The notes below the pieces were generated by a model. It worked only from the letters and a program-made list of their open reading frames with translations, did no database searches and was not told the origin of the DNA. The position numbers and the translations under genes are program-made. Positions 1 through 12,660 of a DNA stretch of 64,000 bases are shown here, piece by piece. The DNA is from Hamiltosporidium tvaerminnensis FI-OER-3-3 (taxonomy: Eukaryota > Fungi > Microsporidia): assembly GCA_022605425.2 (NCBI GenBank), contig JAKIMF020000011.1:744001-808000 (forward strand), written 5' to 3'. Positions within the stretch are counted from its first letter, which is position 1; each line of letters opens with the position of its first letter.

Positions 1-163
1 CGTTTGTTTTTACTTTTACAAGCCAATGATATTTTACTCCTATTATTATCACTCCTTTATAAAAAAAACAAACCAATAAAATATAAAAAACCTATCGATT
101 TCTTATTTATCAACCAATGAATACATTTCTGAATCTTTTATAAACGACCCTGTAAAAAAAATT

Positions 164-2467
164 ATGCATAAAAATCCAAGGCACTTGTTTCAATTTCTTT
201 CAAAATTAAACGCGCAACTTGTACTTCCACTACAAAATATGAACTTAGAATATTCAGTACAACACAAACTTAGTTACAAAAAATATGATACTTCTATTTT
301 TGAAAATATATCTTTTAGTATTTTATTTGGTCATTCTATTGATGTGCCAGACGAATTTCTAACAGATTTTTTTCAAAAAATATTTTATTCTTCTGATTTT
401 TCATATAGAAATATAAAATTTATATTTCAAAATCATGTTTTTTACAACAATCTTATTATTTACAACGATGAAAATATTATTTCAGAGTTTTGTAGTAAGT
501 TAAATCATAAATTATTATATTTTTTACCTTCAAAGGATTTATATGAAACAGTTACACAGAATTTACATGAACATAAAAACGGTTTCATCGGGAATATAAA
601 TATTCCAAATTTAGAAATAAATATATTGAATGAAGTAAAAAGTATAAAAGTAAAAATAAAAAATTCATTTTCACCATCGTATTTTGAATTACCATTGACA
701 AATTTGAAAGAGAAAGGAATGAAAAAAGTTAAAATTGATATTGTTACACCATTTAGAACCTATAAAAAAGAAATACCTTTAAAATATAATAGAATGTATA
801 AAGAAGCAGACAATGAAATTTTTAGTGAATTTTGTTTAAAAAATGTGAATAGAAATTTAAAAGATATTTTTTGTCAGATTTATTCTTTTACTTTATCTAC
901 AATAAATGATAAGTTATATTTCAAAAGTAATGAAGAATATATTAAAAATGATATATTTGAGGAAAATAAAATAAAAGAATGGAAAAAAGAAGAAATTTAT
1001 AAACATTTAAATGAAAGTTTGGTTTTTAATCCGATTGAAATCAAAACAGAGAATATGAAGGGAAAGAAAATGATTGGAAATAGATTAGAATATAAAGAAG
1101 AATTACGTAGGACGAAGAGCTCAATATTTGTGAAAAAGCTAGAAAAAAATGTTTTTGATTTTATTCACACACAATATACACTTTTCATTTCAAATTATCG
1201 TGTTTCTACTCGTTCTTTGTGCCATTCAATTCTATTTTTTTCTATATTTTTTGGTCACACAGATAAAATTATGTTTCTTGTAGAAAGTCTTAAAGAATTC
1301 TTAGAAAACAAAATAAACGATTTGGATGTTTGTCCGAGTCGTACCGAAGATTATTTGTTTTTATACGAGACCATGGTTTTTCTTATAAAATTATTTAGTC
1401 GCGAAATAAATGTACAGTCTATACAGAATGAATCCGAGAAAAAAGACAAATTAACGAAAAATCCAAAAAATGAACAAAAATATAATTTAATGGAAATCAA
1501 AACATTGAATTTTACTTCCGTAAATGGAAACAATCTTTTAAAAGATTTGAAAGTAAGTTTTACGAATATTTTACTTGAAAACGAAGGTATTAAATTGAAA
1601 AATACAGAAATTTATCCAAGAATGCTACGTATTTATAATAATTTACTTAACTGTCACAAAAAAGGACTTTTAAAATTACTTGAAAAAGAAAAAATAAAAT
1701 TTGAATTACAAAATTTGTATGAAAATGCAAAATTAGACTCATTAGAAATTTTACCTGTTATCTCCATATTTTCATACATAAAAAACTTAACAGAAATAGA
1801 TTTTCAAATAGAAAAAAATGTAAGCAAAATGATTGAAAAAAACGTCGATTTGTTTTATACTTCTATTCTCAATGAAGTCAGATATTCAGATGTTAAATAC
1901 GATTTAGAAAGTAAACACAGTGTTCTATACATTGTGTTTTCAGTATTAGAAAAATTTTTATACAATATTTCCATAAATACTGTCATAGATAAGAAATATA
2001 TGAAAAAAACCTTGAAAGAAATTAAAAACAAAATAGAAATTTTAGGTATTTTTTGTTCAAATAAAATCGAAAACAGAAAATCAAAAGCATTTGACAATAA
2101 AAACGTGTGGTACTTAAAATTCAATCGCGCCATATTTAAAATGATTAATATTTTTATAGACAAGTATAATGACTATTTAGAAGATCCTATTAATATGAAA
2201 TCTACTCTTCTTATTATCGAGAAGAAAACCATGTATAGTTTATTTGAAAAATATAAAAATGAAATAGAAGCATCTTTACAAAAGAGTAGAATAGACATTA
2301 ATATGCTTATAAAAATGTTACAATATGAGAATATGGTAGGAGATCTAGCAAGAAGTTATAAAATGAATTTATATGCATTCGTTATCGATATGGTCAAAAT
2401 AAAATACGGAGAAGATTTAGAAGAACCTTTAAAAGTTGTAGGTGAAGTTTTTATGAGTCGTATTTAA
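164..2467 (+). CDS. Hypothetical alpha-helical protein (767 aa); family not recognised; 5' end uncertain
   Basis: Long ORF in AT-rich DNA; CCC at 148-150 before the ATG. The frame is open upstream to 80 and another frame is open over 1-120, so the gene might begin outside the window. Confidence 0.7.
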   Translation: MHKNPRHLFQFLSKLNAQLVLPLQNMNLEYSVQHKLSYKKYDTSIFENISFSILFGHSIDVPDEFLTDFFQKIFYSSDFSYRNIKFIFQNHVFYNNLIIYNDENIISEFCSKLNHKLLYFLPSKDLYETVTQNLHEHKNGFIGNINIPNLEINILNEVKSIKVKIKNSFSPSYFELPLTNLKEKGMKKVKIDIVTPFRTYKKEIPLKYNRMYKEADNEIFSEFCLKNVNRNLKDIFCQIYSFTLSTINDKLYFKSNEEYIKNDIFEENKIKEWKKEEIYKHLNESLVFNPIEIKTENMKGKKMIGNRLEYKEELRRTKSSIFVKKLEKNVFDFIHTQYTLFISNYRVSTRSLCHSILFFSIFFGHTDKIMFLVESLKEFLENKINDLDVCPSRTEDYLFLYETMVFLIKLFSREINVQSIQNESEKKDKLTKNPKNEQKYNLMEIKTLNFTSVNGNNLLKDLKVSFTNILLENEGIKLKNTEIYPRMLRIYNNLLNCHKKGLLKLLEKEKIKFELQNLYENAKLDSLEILPVISIFSYIKNLTEIDFQIEKNVSKMIEKNVDLFYTSILNEVRYSDVKYDLESKHSVLYIVFSVLEKFLYNISINTVIDKKYMKKTLKEIKNKIEILGIFCSNKIENRKSKAFDNKNVWYLKFNRAIFKMINIFIDKYNDYLEDPINMKSTLLIIEKKTMYSLFEKYKNEIEASLQKSRIDINMLIKMLQYENMVGDLARSYKMNLYAFVIDMVKIKYGEDLEEPLKVVGEVFMSRI

Positions 2468-5400
2468 GATTAACAATTTAATATTTTTTCATCTGTATTA
2501 TCAGTTAAAGGTTTCTTAAATGATTTATTTTTTTATAAATATTTTTATTTATGAACACCAATCTTTCTTTACTTCTTTATAATTTATAATTTATATTAAG
2601 TTTAAAGGAATGTTCAAATCTTATTTAATATTTTAATTAAAAATCTAATATTAGATTTATCATTTTAAAAATATTTTAATCTTGGTTCGTTTTTGATACC
2701 ATTTAAATTTTAAGAATTAAACTGTAAGTTTTTTTTAGTATCGATACAAAAGTGTGAAAAGAGAATGTTAAATTATCTTAATCGATTAAACGAAACAGTC
2801 TACTGTATTAAAAATAAATTAAATATTAATTGATCCTTTAAACCGTTTTAAAACAATATAATCTTAATTAGAATTAATATTGTTTTCTCTTTAAGATTAA
2901 TACGTTAAATTTATATTTTAAAATAGAAAGTCACTAATTTATTGGCTAACGAATTTGGCTATAAAACTAGAATTATTACTTGTTATTAATATATAATTAA
3001 AGTGCCTAGTATTTTGCATTCTACAAATATACTTATAAATAATGAAATTTAAACGTAAAATACAAGATCTTTTAGTTTATTATAAGTAACAATTTTAATA
3101 CAATTAACAGAAATATACCAAATTAATTTTAATTTAATTTATAAATATTTTGAGATAAATGATGAGTTATGTAAACATAAATGAATTGAGCTAAAAACTT
3201 TAAAAAGATAAATGAATAATTTGTGGGGAATACCTTTCATTTGCCAAAACTCTAATTCACTTGGGAATTGCTTATTGTGGGAGAATGCTAAAGCTTTAAT
3301 AAACTAAAAAATTTACGTTTTATTACTTAATTATTCCCTGGTCTACATATCACACTGTAGATTTAATATATAAAATGGAAATTAAGTAAAATGAATTGAG
3401 TAGACACGTGTCGATTTTTTTAATAGAATTCATAAATACAAGATTTATGCTTTTTATTCTGAAAGATAAATATTTTGTAGTTTATCGTATAGATTGAATA
3501 AGTTTATAACTGTATTATTTAGGTAGACATACAGAAGTAATATATACAAAGAAACATAAATTTAACAATTAATGAATTCGAATTACAAACAACGTCTTTA
3601 CTTTTAAAGGTGTATGTAATTTTAAAAAATTACCTTTCTTGGAAATTATTTGCAAAATCTTTTATTAAGTTTTGCATTTAAGTTAACTAATAAACTGATT
3701 CATTTTAAAATTTATTAAGTAAAACAGTTTTTTTAATTTTTACTTTGTTAAAATAATATAATTAATGTACAGGCAAACGCTAATTGTTAACTTTATTTTA
3801 ACTAATCGAAACCTTATTGAGTTAGAACAAAAAATGTCATAAACTCAGTTAGATCTAAATAGATTTTTTATGTCTTAGTAATGAGCTACAGAAGTAAAAA
3901 TAAGGCACTTCTGAAGATATAAAATGTCTTTTTATAAAATAAAATTCATTTAAGTTTTACAACCTTGATGAATTAACTAGTTTCAATAGTAAGGTTGGCT
4001 TTTGAGATTCCACAGGATTAAAGATATGTATTTCTTTTTTTGGAAGCTTTTACTTTTTTTAAAAATTATTATAATATGAAATGTATACGTATCTATAATG
4101 GATGTATAGTCAAATTATTTAACTTGCATCAAAAATTATTTTAATTAGGTTATTAGACGATGTATTGTCTATCAAAAAAATATATACAAATATACAGTAA
4201 ACAATTAATCTCTAATAAAATCAGTAGATAAAATAATTTTAAAAAGGAAACACGCCTGCATAAGCTTATTAATAGCTTATAAATACAAGATATTTTATTG
4301 CTGTATGGTTTCTTGATAAATTGAATATTTAAAAACATAGTATTAACAATATATTAGCCTTATGGTAAAATTTCGAGAGTATGATATATTATAGTTGGAC
4401 AGAATGCTTTGCTATTCGGTTTCTATTCAAGCCGGTAAATGGGAGGGGGAAGCCAAAATTTGCGATTTTTATGAGAAATTTCACTAATTTGTTGTAAAAA
4501 ATAAGATAATATGCCAGAAAATGTTTTTCCCAAACTTGTCGATTTGAGTCCTAATACTCACTATATACCGAATTATTACAATATTTGTAAAGAAATTCTT
4601 AATAGAACATAAAATAACAGATTGTGATGATTATAGGTCTAATAAAATCAAATTTGATATGGTTAAAATCAAAAAGGCTCGAAATTTTTCCATCATCAGT
4701 AAATTAAAACTGGACATTTAAAAAATGCAAACAGATTTGGATTTATTTTTGAGTAATTCATTTTTCTTTTTCATGGCTTAATTCGTAAATTAAAGATTTT
4801 ATTTGTGTATTTAAAATTTGAAGCTCTCTTCTATATTTAGCCCCGGTAAATCGTTTTTTTTTGAAATATTAGTACATATAAACAAAATTCTGTTTATGAT
4901 CCTTTAAATACTTATAATTCGTCAATTTATTGTAATATGAGTAGAGTTTTCTGTGGGAAGTCGAACATACAAATAAGCTGCTAGTTGCAGCAATAAAGCC
5001 TGTAAGTATAAATTCTAAAAATATTATTTTTGCCCGCTGTTTAGTTTATTACTGTTACTAAATATCTTTTCATGTATTTAATTTACAAAATATATATTTT
5101 CTAAATATTCAAAACCGAATGTTTTAAAATTCCCTATTAGCCAATTTGATTATCATAAACTGATGCCACTCTTTGTTATGTATATCTAAAGAGTAAAAAT
5201 CAACGATATCAATGCATAGAATACCTCTTTGCTTATAGAGCTTCTCAATGAAATTTGTGTTTAAAATTGAATTATTAAGCAAATTAGCTGTTTTTCAGTC
5301 ATCAAAATCAGAATAAAAACACAAATTCTGATTTAGAGAAAAAAATACTGCAATCAAAAATTTTCATGCTAATTTGGTTTGATTGCTACTATTTGAAATA

Positions 5401-7396
5401 CTAATAGAATATAGTCTAAATCGGGGATTTTATTTGCATTGTACAAGATAAATAAACATTTTTTTGTAAAAGAACTGAAATACAATTAAAATATAGTCAG
5501 AGTAATTTTATTTCTAAACTCATATTTTTATATTTTAAGACTATTTAAATTTTTGTGCTTACGATATAAAAAATTTAACGAAAAAGAATTCATGTAATTT
5601 TATTATATTTTATAATTGAGTAATGTAACGTAGAGAATGACTCGCCTAGAAATGCTTATCGTACGAAAAATGGCATGCTAAAATATTTTGCCATTAAGAA
5701 TATGGCGCTTAAATGCGTGCGTGAAACTTATACACCACATAATTAGACATAGGTAAAAAATGCGAATTCTAAAGGTTTCAGAGATTTGCAAACCATATTT
5801 GCATTAAATATTATACATATTCATTTCTAGATTCTGGTATATTATAATATAAGTGTTAGAACCATGTTGTTTTTACTTTTTCAAGGTTTTAATGGTAAAA
5901 TAGCACTAAATTCAAATCCTCTTGTAAAGACATTGCTTCGTATAATCTTTACCTGTATGAAAAAAGGCAAAGCAGAATTATTTTTAAAAGCCTTTTTCTC
6001 ATTAGTTTATTTGTATTCCAAATGATAGCTCAATAAAAAAATTAATCCTTCGAAAGGTATCATGAAATCTTCTATCACTTATATTAAATATTTTTAATAT
6101 AAATATCAAGGAATTTATATGTGAATGAATAAAGCAATGTATCAGCTGATATAGAAAAGCTTTTTATTTAGAAAATTAAAACGCTTCACAGAAAGAATAC
6201 AAACAAAAACGAAATCGGAGGGCTATAAACCTCAGTTGAAATTTGAGATAAAATGAAAATAAACCGCCAAAGATCTAAAAAATTCAAAAAAACCATAAAA
6301 AAAAACACAAAATATTTTGTTAAGATCTTGAAATTTAGTATTACTTCTTAAATTTGCAACTCGGTTAATAATAAGCCCAAAACCTCCAAATCAGATATGT
6401 TTATCAAAGCCTAACTCACTAGATTAAAAAATTATCATTTTATATATAAATTTTAGGAATGAAATCCACGTTATCTGCATTTTTTCTGTTGAATGTAAAA
6501 ATTAGTCGGTTTAAAAGCTCCTAAGGAACAGGGATTTTATAAAATAAGATCGAAGAGTAAAAGTCTATAGTCAAAAGGATGTAAATAAAAAGTACTTAAG
6601 ATTAGAAAAAACAGAAAATCTATATTTAATTTAGTTAATGAATTCCATTTAATAAATTTATTGTTTATAACGTCTAATTGTTCAGGATTCTGATTTAACA
6701 ATAAGGCGATATAAATTTTATTAGATATTTTAAAAGAAACTGAGAAAATTTTCTACCGATAAAAAAAAACTGAAAATTGATTCGAACAATCGACTTAATC
6801 TGGATTCCTTTCCTAATTAGGAATTACCAGAACTAATTAAAATATATTTTTTTAAGATTTTTAAGTGTATAAAATAAATTTAAGGATATAAGACAAAATT
6901 GTAAAATAAATGTTTTTAAATGTGGTAATATAAAATATATGAGTTGGATCTGGTTTTAATGTTAATATTTCAAAAAATATTCATGTAAACTTAATTACAC
7001 TGATTTCTGTAGAGCGAATTCAAAACCTATGCAAAAAACAATCTAGAGATCTTTCGGCGAGGAAATAGGCGTTGAGAATCTAAATAGACATACATAAACA
7101 TCATAAAAGTAGCTCTTAAGAAGAGATACTAAAATTACAATCCTTTTAATTTATTTTAAAATTTCAAAGTTAAAATATAAAAGAAAAGTCTGTTTTCTTT
7201 TTAAAATACGCATCGGTTTCTTTTAAAGAGATGCATAAGACCAAATATATATCTCTAAGCCCGAAAATAAGTTAGACAATAAAATTATAATCCAAGATTT
7301 TTTTTATCATAAATTAAGATAAAAGCTTGAGTGATAGGCTATCTGATTAAAAAGTATAAACCAGTATATATAAGATTAATTAAATTGGCCCTATAC

Positions 7397-9352
7397 ATGG
7401 ATATGAATAGGCAAAATAAATATATTGATTCACTTATTTTTCCACTCAAACAAGAACTAAAATTTCTAGAGAGAGAAGATGATGTCTTAAATTTTTACAG
7501 GGCAAAGGTTATGAAAAAAGAAGAGTCTACACATGGTGATATAATTACATTTATAATTGTTCAGGCGTTCGATCACAATAAAAATCCTATTTTAAGAAAA
7601 TTTGATTTTGAAAGAATTTTTAAAGAAGATGAATCTATTAAAGTACTTTTTGATTTAAAAAAAACCCCTTCATTTTGCTTTCAGACCAAAATTCTTTCAG
7701 TAAATGAAAAACGTTATACATTTCTCACAATTATTGAATCACTTCCTAGAGAATTTTATCTAAGACTGGATGGATCAATTTTTACAACCTATAAGACATT
7801 ACAGAGATTAAAAAAGATTAGGAAAGATGGGAAATATTTAGATGTGAATATTTTAAACATCATAAATAGCATTGAAGAAACAACCCGTGAAGATTATCAG
7901 AAATCAGATTACAATGAAACCGAAAATTTTTCTTCGAGTCCCTTGAAATACTCTGAAGACTTTGTTGATATATTTAAAAACTTAAAATTAGAAGATAAGA
8001 ATCTAATAAGCATGGAAAAAGAATATAAAGATTTTATCAAAAAAATAAAAAAACTTGGATTTCTGATCGAATACAATAAGCTCAATAATTCTCAAAAAGA
8101 ATCTTTATTATTTTCAAAAAAAAATAAATCGTATCGTATCATAGGCCCACCTGGTTCTGGTAAGACTAAAGTTGTAGTTGAAATAGTAAAAACATTGCTT
8201 TATGCCAAAAAATCGGTTCTCGTATGTGGACCAAGCAATATATCTGTTGATAATATTTTGTCTTCTATCATCGATTCTGAATACTACAAGAAAATCAAAC
8301 CAAAACTCTATAAATTAGGAAGCTTTCTAAAAACATCAAAGACTTTATCTTGTTATCATATAGAATCCATGGCAAACGAATCTGTTCTTCCTTTATTGGA
8401 GAAATTAAACCAAGCTATCGATAATAAATCTGACCAAAAAACAATTAAGGCACTGCGAAAAAAAGTATCGGAGAAGAAAAAAGAGTTTATAATGAGTACC
8501 ATTAGATGTACTGATCTTGCGTTTGCAACTCTTTTTAGTTCGTACAAAATGAAAGATAATAAATATTTTGATTGGATAATAATAGATGAAGCGTGCCAGG
8601 CACGTGAATCTGAATCATTCTTAAGTGTTTTGCTTGCAAAAAAGTTCATTCTTGTTGGGGATCCTTATCAGTTAGGACCCACAGTAAAATCTGAGACAGT
8701 GGAATTAAAATCAACATTTTTTGATAGAATCTGCAACACACCAACTTTCTTTCTAAATGAACAATACAGAATGAGTAAATTGCTAATATCATTTTCAAAT
8801 TCATACTTTTATTCGAATAGAATAATTTCTTCCAAGAAAACTAAATTTAAATTTTTCAATCGTTCAGAAATTCTTTTTATTGATACTTCGAATCATAACT
8901 CAAAAGAGAGCAAATTAAACTCTTCTATTAAAAATACATTCGAAGCTGAAATCACAATAAAGATAATAAAATATCTTGAATCGAAACAAAATATTTATGA
9001 TGTTGGAATTATAACTCCATATTCGCAACAAGCATTTCTGATTAAAGATATTCTTCCAAAGGTATCATTTCCAATCCAAGTGAGTACAGTTGACGCATTT
9101 CAAGGTCAAGAAAAAGGAATAATAATTTTAAATTTTGTTCGAGCAAACAAACAACAAGAAATAGGATTCTTATCGGATTTAAAAAGAACCAATGTTGCTT
9201 TAACAAGATGTATACATGGATTAATAATTGTTGCTAATTCGGCTACCTTTTTGCAAGACGAATTTTATATCAAACTATTTGGGCATTTACATGCTTACGC
9301 TTATTGCATTAATCCGGCTATTTTTGACATTATTTTATTTAAAGCTAAATAG
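7397..9352 (+). CDS. SF1 Upf1-like (DNA2/NAM7, Hcs1/IGHMBP2-type) helicase
   Basis: Motifs GPPGSGKT, IIIDEACQ, LVGDPYQLGP, QYRM, TVDAFQGQEK, NVALTR. Start moved from GTG 7331 to in-frame ATG 7397, preceded by CCC at 7389-7391. Confidence 0.92.
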   Translation: MDMNRQNKYIDSLIFPLKQELKFLEREDDVLNFYRAKVMKKEESTHGDIITFIIVQAFDHNKNPILRKFDFERIFKEDESIKVLFDLKKTPSFCFQTKILSVNEKRYTFLTIIESLPREFYLRLDGSIFTTYKTLQRLKKIRKDGKYLDVNILNIINSIEETTREDYQKSDYNETENFSSSPLKYSEDFVDIFKNLKLEDKNLISMEKEYKDFIKKIKKLGFLIEYNKLNNSQKESLLFSKKNKSYRIIGPPGSGKTKVVVEIVKTLLYAKKSVLVCGPSNISVDNILSSIIDSEYYKKIKPKLYKLGSFLKTSKTLSCYHIESMANESVLPLLEKLNQAIDNKSDQKTIKALRKKVSEKKKEFIMSTIRCTDLAFATLFSSYKMKDNKYFDWIIIDEACQARESESFLSVLLAKKFILVGDPYQLGPTVKSETVELKSTFFDRICNTPTFFLNEQYRMSKLLISFSNSYFYSNRIISSKKTKFKFFNRSEILFIDTSNHNSKESKLNSSIKNTFEAEITIKIIKYLESKQNIYDVGIITPYSQQAFLIKDILPKVSFPIQVSTVDAFQGQEKGIIILNFVRANKQQEIGFLSDLKRTNVALTRCIHGLIIVANSATFLQDEFYIKLFGHLHAYAYCINPAIFDIILFKAK

Positions 9353-10380
9353 GAAAATCGAATCTGTTAAAATTAAAAGTATTTATTTAAAGTTAAATAT
9401 TTAATTTTTGTGGTTTAAATTTTTCACGTATTTTTATTAAAGTGAAATATGTTATATGCTTGAAATTATATTAAGGCGATTCTGGCTTCGTCATAGGTAA
9501 CTTTAAAACGTTAACTGTATTCCCTGAACATCTAAATTCCTAAACTTTCGCGGAAGATGACACCACGTATTTAATCAAAAAGTTTTGGCAGAACTGGATT
9601 ATGCTTGTTATATGTATGAGATTTCGGATAGAACCTGCCCTTTGGAGACCTCATTTCCCCTCGAACCAACTTCATTTTATGTATTATATTATTCCTGCCC
9701 CGAATTTACGTCAATTAAAATATATTTCGGAGATTTATATTTAGTAAATTCAATGTGGCAATTAAATACCAATAAGTATTCTTTACTTGGGTTTTTTGAC
9801 TTTTCAAAAATATATTCTTTTGTGTTTTCCAAATGGCACGCCTTCTAACCCTAAACAGTAAGATTGGGTTTTATATATTTTTTGGATAATAACGGTTAAG
9901 TTTAATCTTGTTTTATGATCTCGCTAGTAAAAAAATCCTTACATAAACTTTATAAAAAAAACCATTTTTTTGCATTCCTTCTCCTTCATATAATTATCAA
10001 GAAAATCCTCAATCTAGTCTAATTTCCATACTTCCATGAATCAAGAGAATGGTTTCTGTTTTGTACACCCTATTTTTTGTCGTATCCATAATTTAATATG
10101 CTCTCCATTAATTATCATAGGGCGTTTTATGGCATTTGAAGCAAAATAAAGTACAAAAACGCCACAAATAACACAAATTAAAGCTATTTACATGGTTTCA
10201 GAATGTCTCCTAGCTTCCGAAAATTCGTTAAAAAAAGATTAGTAAACAGAGCAGAAAATTTAGAAACTATTTGATTAGGTAATAAGACCGATCATTTATT
10301 TCAAATTAATATCAATTAATTGTATTTTGTGTTCTTTCTTTGTATTAATTTATTTTTTTGCAATTTTTTAATTTATCAAT

Positions 10381-11166
10381 TTTATTTAATAAAATTCTGG
10401 GTTAAAATATTTTTTACCATTTTTACATGTTTTCTTCTACCTCTTTGACCACTTTTGTCTCTTCTTCCAAATCCGACTCTTCATTTATGTTATTGGTCGG
10501 TTCCTCTAAAGTGGTTCCTCCTTGTAAAATAGAGGGGGCTTTATATTTTGGTTTAAAATTTTTGGCACCATCTTCCTCTGTTTTCGCTTCTTTTAAAGGG
10601 GGTATTGGTTCCTCATGCATCTCTGATCTCATAATAACACCCATTGACGCTCTCTCCCAGCTCTCTTCGGCATTTAGTCCTGACTCAAGTCCTCTTCGAC
10701 GATCAAAGGAAATACTTTCGACTGTCTTTTTAAGTACTATAGACTGAATGTATGCTTCTACATTCATGGGTATTTCTAGTCTTTTAAGATGAGATTTATG
10801 GTATTTTGTCACAATACCGTCCCAGGTCATCACATAAGGGATTATCTCAACACTACACTTATAAATAAGGCCCAACTCATTGGCTAGCAGGTCATACTTC
10901 CTAAGTTTTTCAGTTTCAACTATTTGAAGTGAATCTTGGGAAGTGATTCCTACTTCAATGAGTGTTATCTTATTCTTCTTCTTATCTAAAATAAATATGT
11001 CCGGTCTGTTATTCCGAATTTTAACATCAGTTTTAATTCTGGTGTCCACTCTTATCTCTGCATACTCATTATCAAGAATTTCTTGAACTGAGTGGCTCCT
11101 TATTCGTTTTGAAGACTTAAACTTATATCTATTTAGAAGGAGAAGGTGTAGGCATCTAACCACTTC
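10381..11166 (-). mobile_element. 5'-truncated non-LTR retrotransposon (R4/Dong-like, RLE endonuclease end plus 3' UTR)
   Basis: EVVRCLH..., RPDIFILD, LIEVG and KLRKY RLE motifs, nearly identical to the C-terminus of ORF 30162-31973; shared 3' end AACCCAGAATTTTATTAAATAAAA. The ORF-track N-terminus beyond 11166 is flanking DNA. Confidence 0.9.
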
Positions 11167-11216
11167 AAAATTATTTGTATAAAAATATAAATACTTATTA
11201 TTTTTACAAAATAAAT

Positions 11217-11398
11217 ATTTATAATTCATACAATTACGTTTCTTATTTGATATATAATTTATTATACACATCTTCACATTTCTAATTTGATATATAATTT
11301 ATAATTCATACCATTACGTTTTTTATTTGATATATAATCTATAATCCATATCTTCACATTTCTAATTTGATATATAATTTATAATATATCTTTACATT
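11217..11398. repeat. Tandem repeat, about 40-bp units (ATTTGATATATAATTTATAAT core) in an 80-bp higher-order pattern
   Basis: Four to five visible copies. Confidence 0.75.
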
Positions 11399-11521
11399 CC
11401 TTTCTGGAGTTAAAAAAGTAGAAGAAAATATATAAAAAGTGTGAAAATCATTCTAACTCAAAATTATTTTAAATTAAATTTAAATTCTCTTTAGATAAAT
11501 TATTTGTAATAATTTGTAAAA

Positions 11522-11719
11522 AAAATTATTATATTAAACAACAAACCCTCTTATTTCGCAATCTTAAGCATAATAGAAAATTATTATATTAAACAACAAA
11601 CCCTCTTATTTCCCAATCCTTAAGCATAATAGAAAATTATTATATTAAACAACAAACCCTCTTATTTCTTAATATTTTAAAGCATATAAAACAATTTATA
11701 AATTTAATAACAAACCCTT
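11522..11719 (+). promoter_or_regulatory. Tandemly amplified core promoter (3 units of about 56 bp plus a final copy, each with AACAAACCCT)
   Basis: AAAATTATTATATTAAACAACAAACCCTCTTATTTC occurs three times; a fourth AACAAACCCTT directly precedes ATG 11720. CCC-like motifs mark microsporidian starts. Confidence 0.65.
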
Positions 11720-12247
11720 ATGTTTCTTATATTCTTAAACAGTATTCTAATACTGCTTGGTCTTATAGCCACAATAATAGGATTAGCTGTTGGTTTATAT
11801 AAGGCAGTACAGTTCATAGAAGATAAAACATATGCAGCAAAAAAAAGAATAGAAAATATAATTACAGCTGTTTCTATTTTTCATATATTTTTAATACTCA
11901 GAAAATTTTCATTATTTTTGGTAGGATTTAGTTTATGCATACAATTTTTATTTTATAGTCTTTTAGATATTTATCCTGCTATATTACCAACTAATATATA
12001 TTTTGTTGTTGGTTCTTTAATGGCAGTAATAAATCATTTTTTATTTTTACGTGCCTTGGTAAAAGGTGATCATTATATTTTAGAAATGATATTTTATTTT
12101 ATAGTAGTTGTATGGTTAACACCCTTCTGTTTCTTTTTAAGTCTTAGTGCTAATGATGAGACATTACCTGTAAAAGGTACGAAAACAAAAACAAGGGCAG
12201 GAGAACTTATAAAAAGATTGTTTGATTTTAGTGAATTTAGAAAATAA
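11720..12247 (+). CDS. SVP26: Erv26/Svp26 (TEX261) transmembrane COPII cargo adaptor
   Basis: Several TM segments, N-terminal LAVGLY..QFIED and C-terminal VWLTPFCFFLSLSANDETLP family signature. Confidence 0.85.
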   Translation: MFLIFLNSILILLGLIATIIGLAVGLYKAVQFIEDKTYAAKKRIENIITAVSIFHIFLILRKFSLFLVGFSLCIQFLFYSLLDIYPAILPTNIYFVVGSLMAVINHFLFLRALVKGDHYILEMIFYFIVVVWLTPFCFFLSLSANDETLPVKGTKTKTRAGELIKRLFDFSEFRK

Positions 12248-12278
12248 TAAATAAACAGATTTTCTTAGTTTATAATTG

Positions 12279-12588
12279 TTTTATTATTTTACTATTTTAC
12301 TATTTTACTATTTTATTATTTTACTATTTTACTATTTTACTATTTTACTATTTTACTATTTTACTATTTACTATTTTACTATTTTACCATTTTACTATTT
12401 ACTATTTTACTATTTTACCATTTTACTATTTACTATTTTACTATTTTACCATTTTACTATTTTACTATTTTACTATTTTACTATTTTACCATTTTACTAT
12501 TTTACTATTTTACTATTTTACTATTTTACTATTTTCTATTTTACTATTTTACTATTTTACTATTTTACTATTTTCTATTTTACTATTC
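12279..12588. repeat. Microsatellite (TTTTACTA)n, about 39 units, with TTTTACCA variants
   Basis: Directly visible 8-bp periodicity. Confidence 0.97.
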
Positions 12589-12591
12589 TTT

Positions 12592-12660
12592 AAAGAGTTA
12601 AAAGAAAACATGTAAAAAAAATGGTAAAAATATTTTAACCCAGAATTTTTTAAATAAAAA
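12592..12660 (+). mobile_element. About 70-bp 3'-terminal fragment of the R4/Dong-like retrotransposon
   Basis: AAAGAGTTAAAAGAAAACATGTAAAAAAAATGGTAAAAATATTTTAACCCAGAATTTTTTAAATAAAAA matches the reverse complement of 10381-10446 (last codons, stop and 3' UTR). Confidence 0.85.

Noticed and set aside
7331-7396. GTG/TTG-initiated N-terminal extensions in the ORF track (also 35646-35696, 38348-38419)
   Set aside because: Eukaryotic genes; a nearby in-frame ATG, with an adjacent CCC motif for the helicase and the tail-anchored gene, is the better start.
9470-10260. Slightly GC-richer block with 87-aa ORF 9585-9848
   Set aside because: No ATG/CCC context or recognisable motif; possibly an old transposon remnant but cannot be supported.
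12279-12588. Interstitial telomere repeat
   Set aside because: Unit TAGTAAAA lacks the G-run of known telomeric repeats.
12276-12593. 105-aa ORF MFYYFTILL...
   Set aside because: Translation of the (TTTTACTA)n microsatellite; TTG start.
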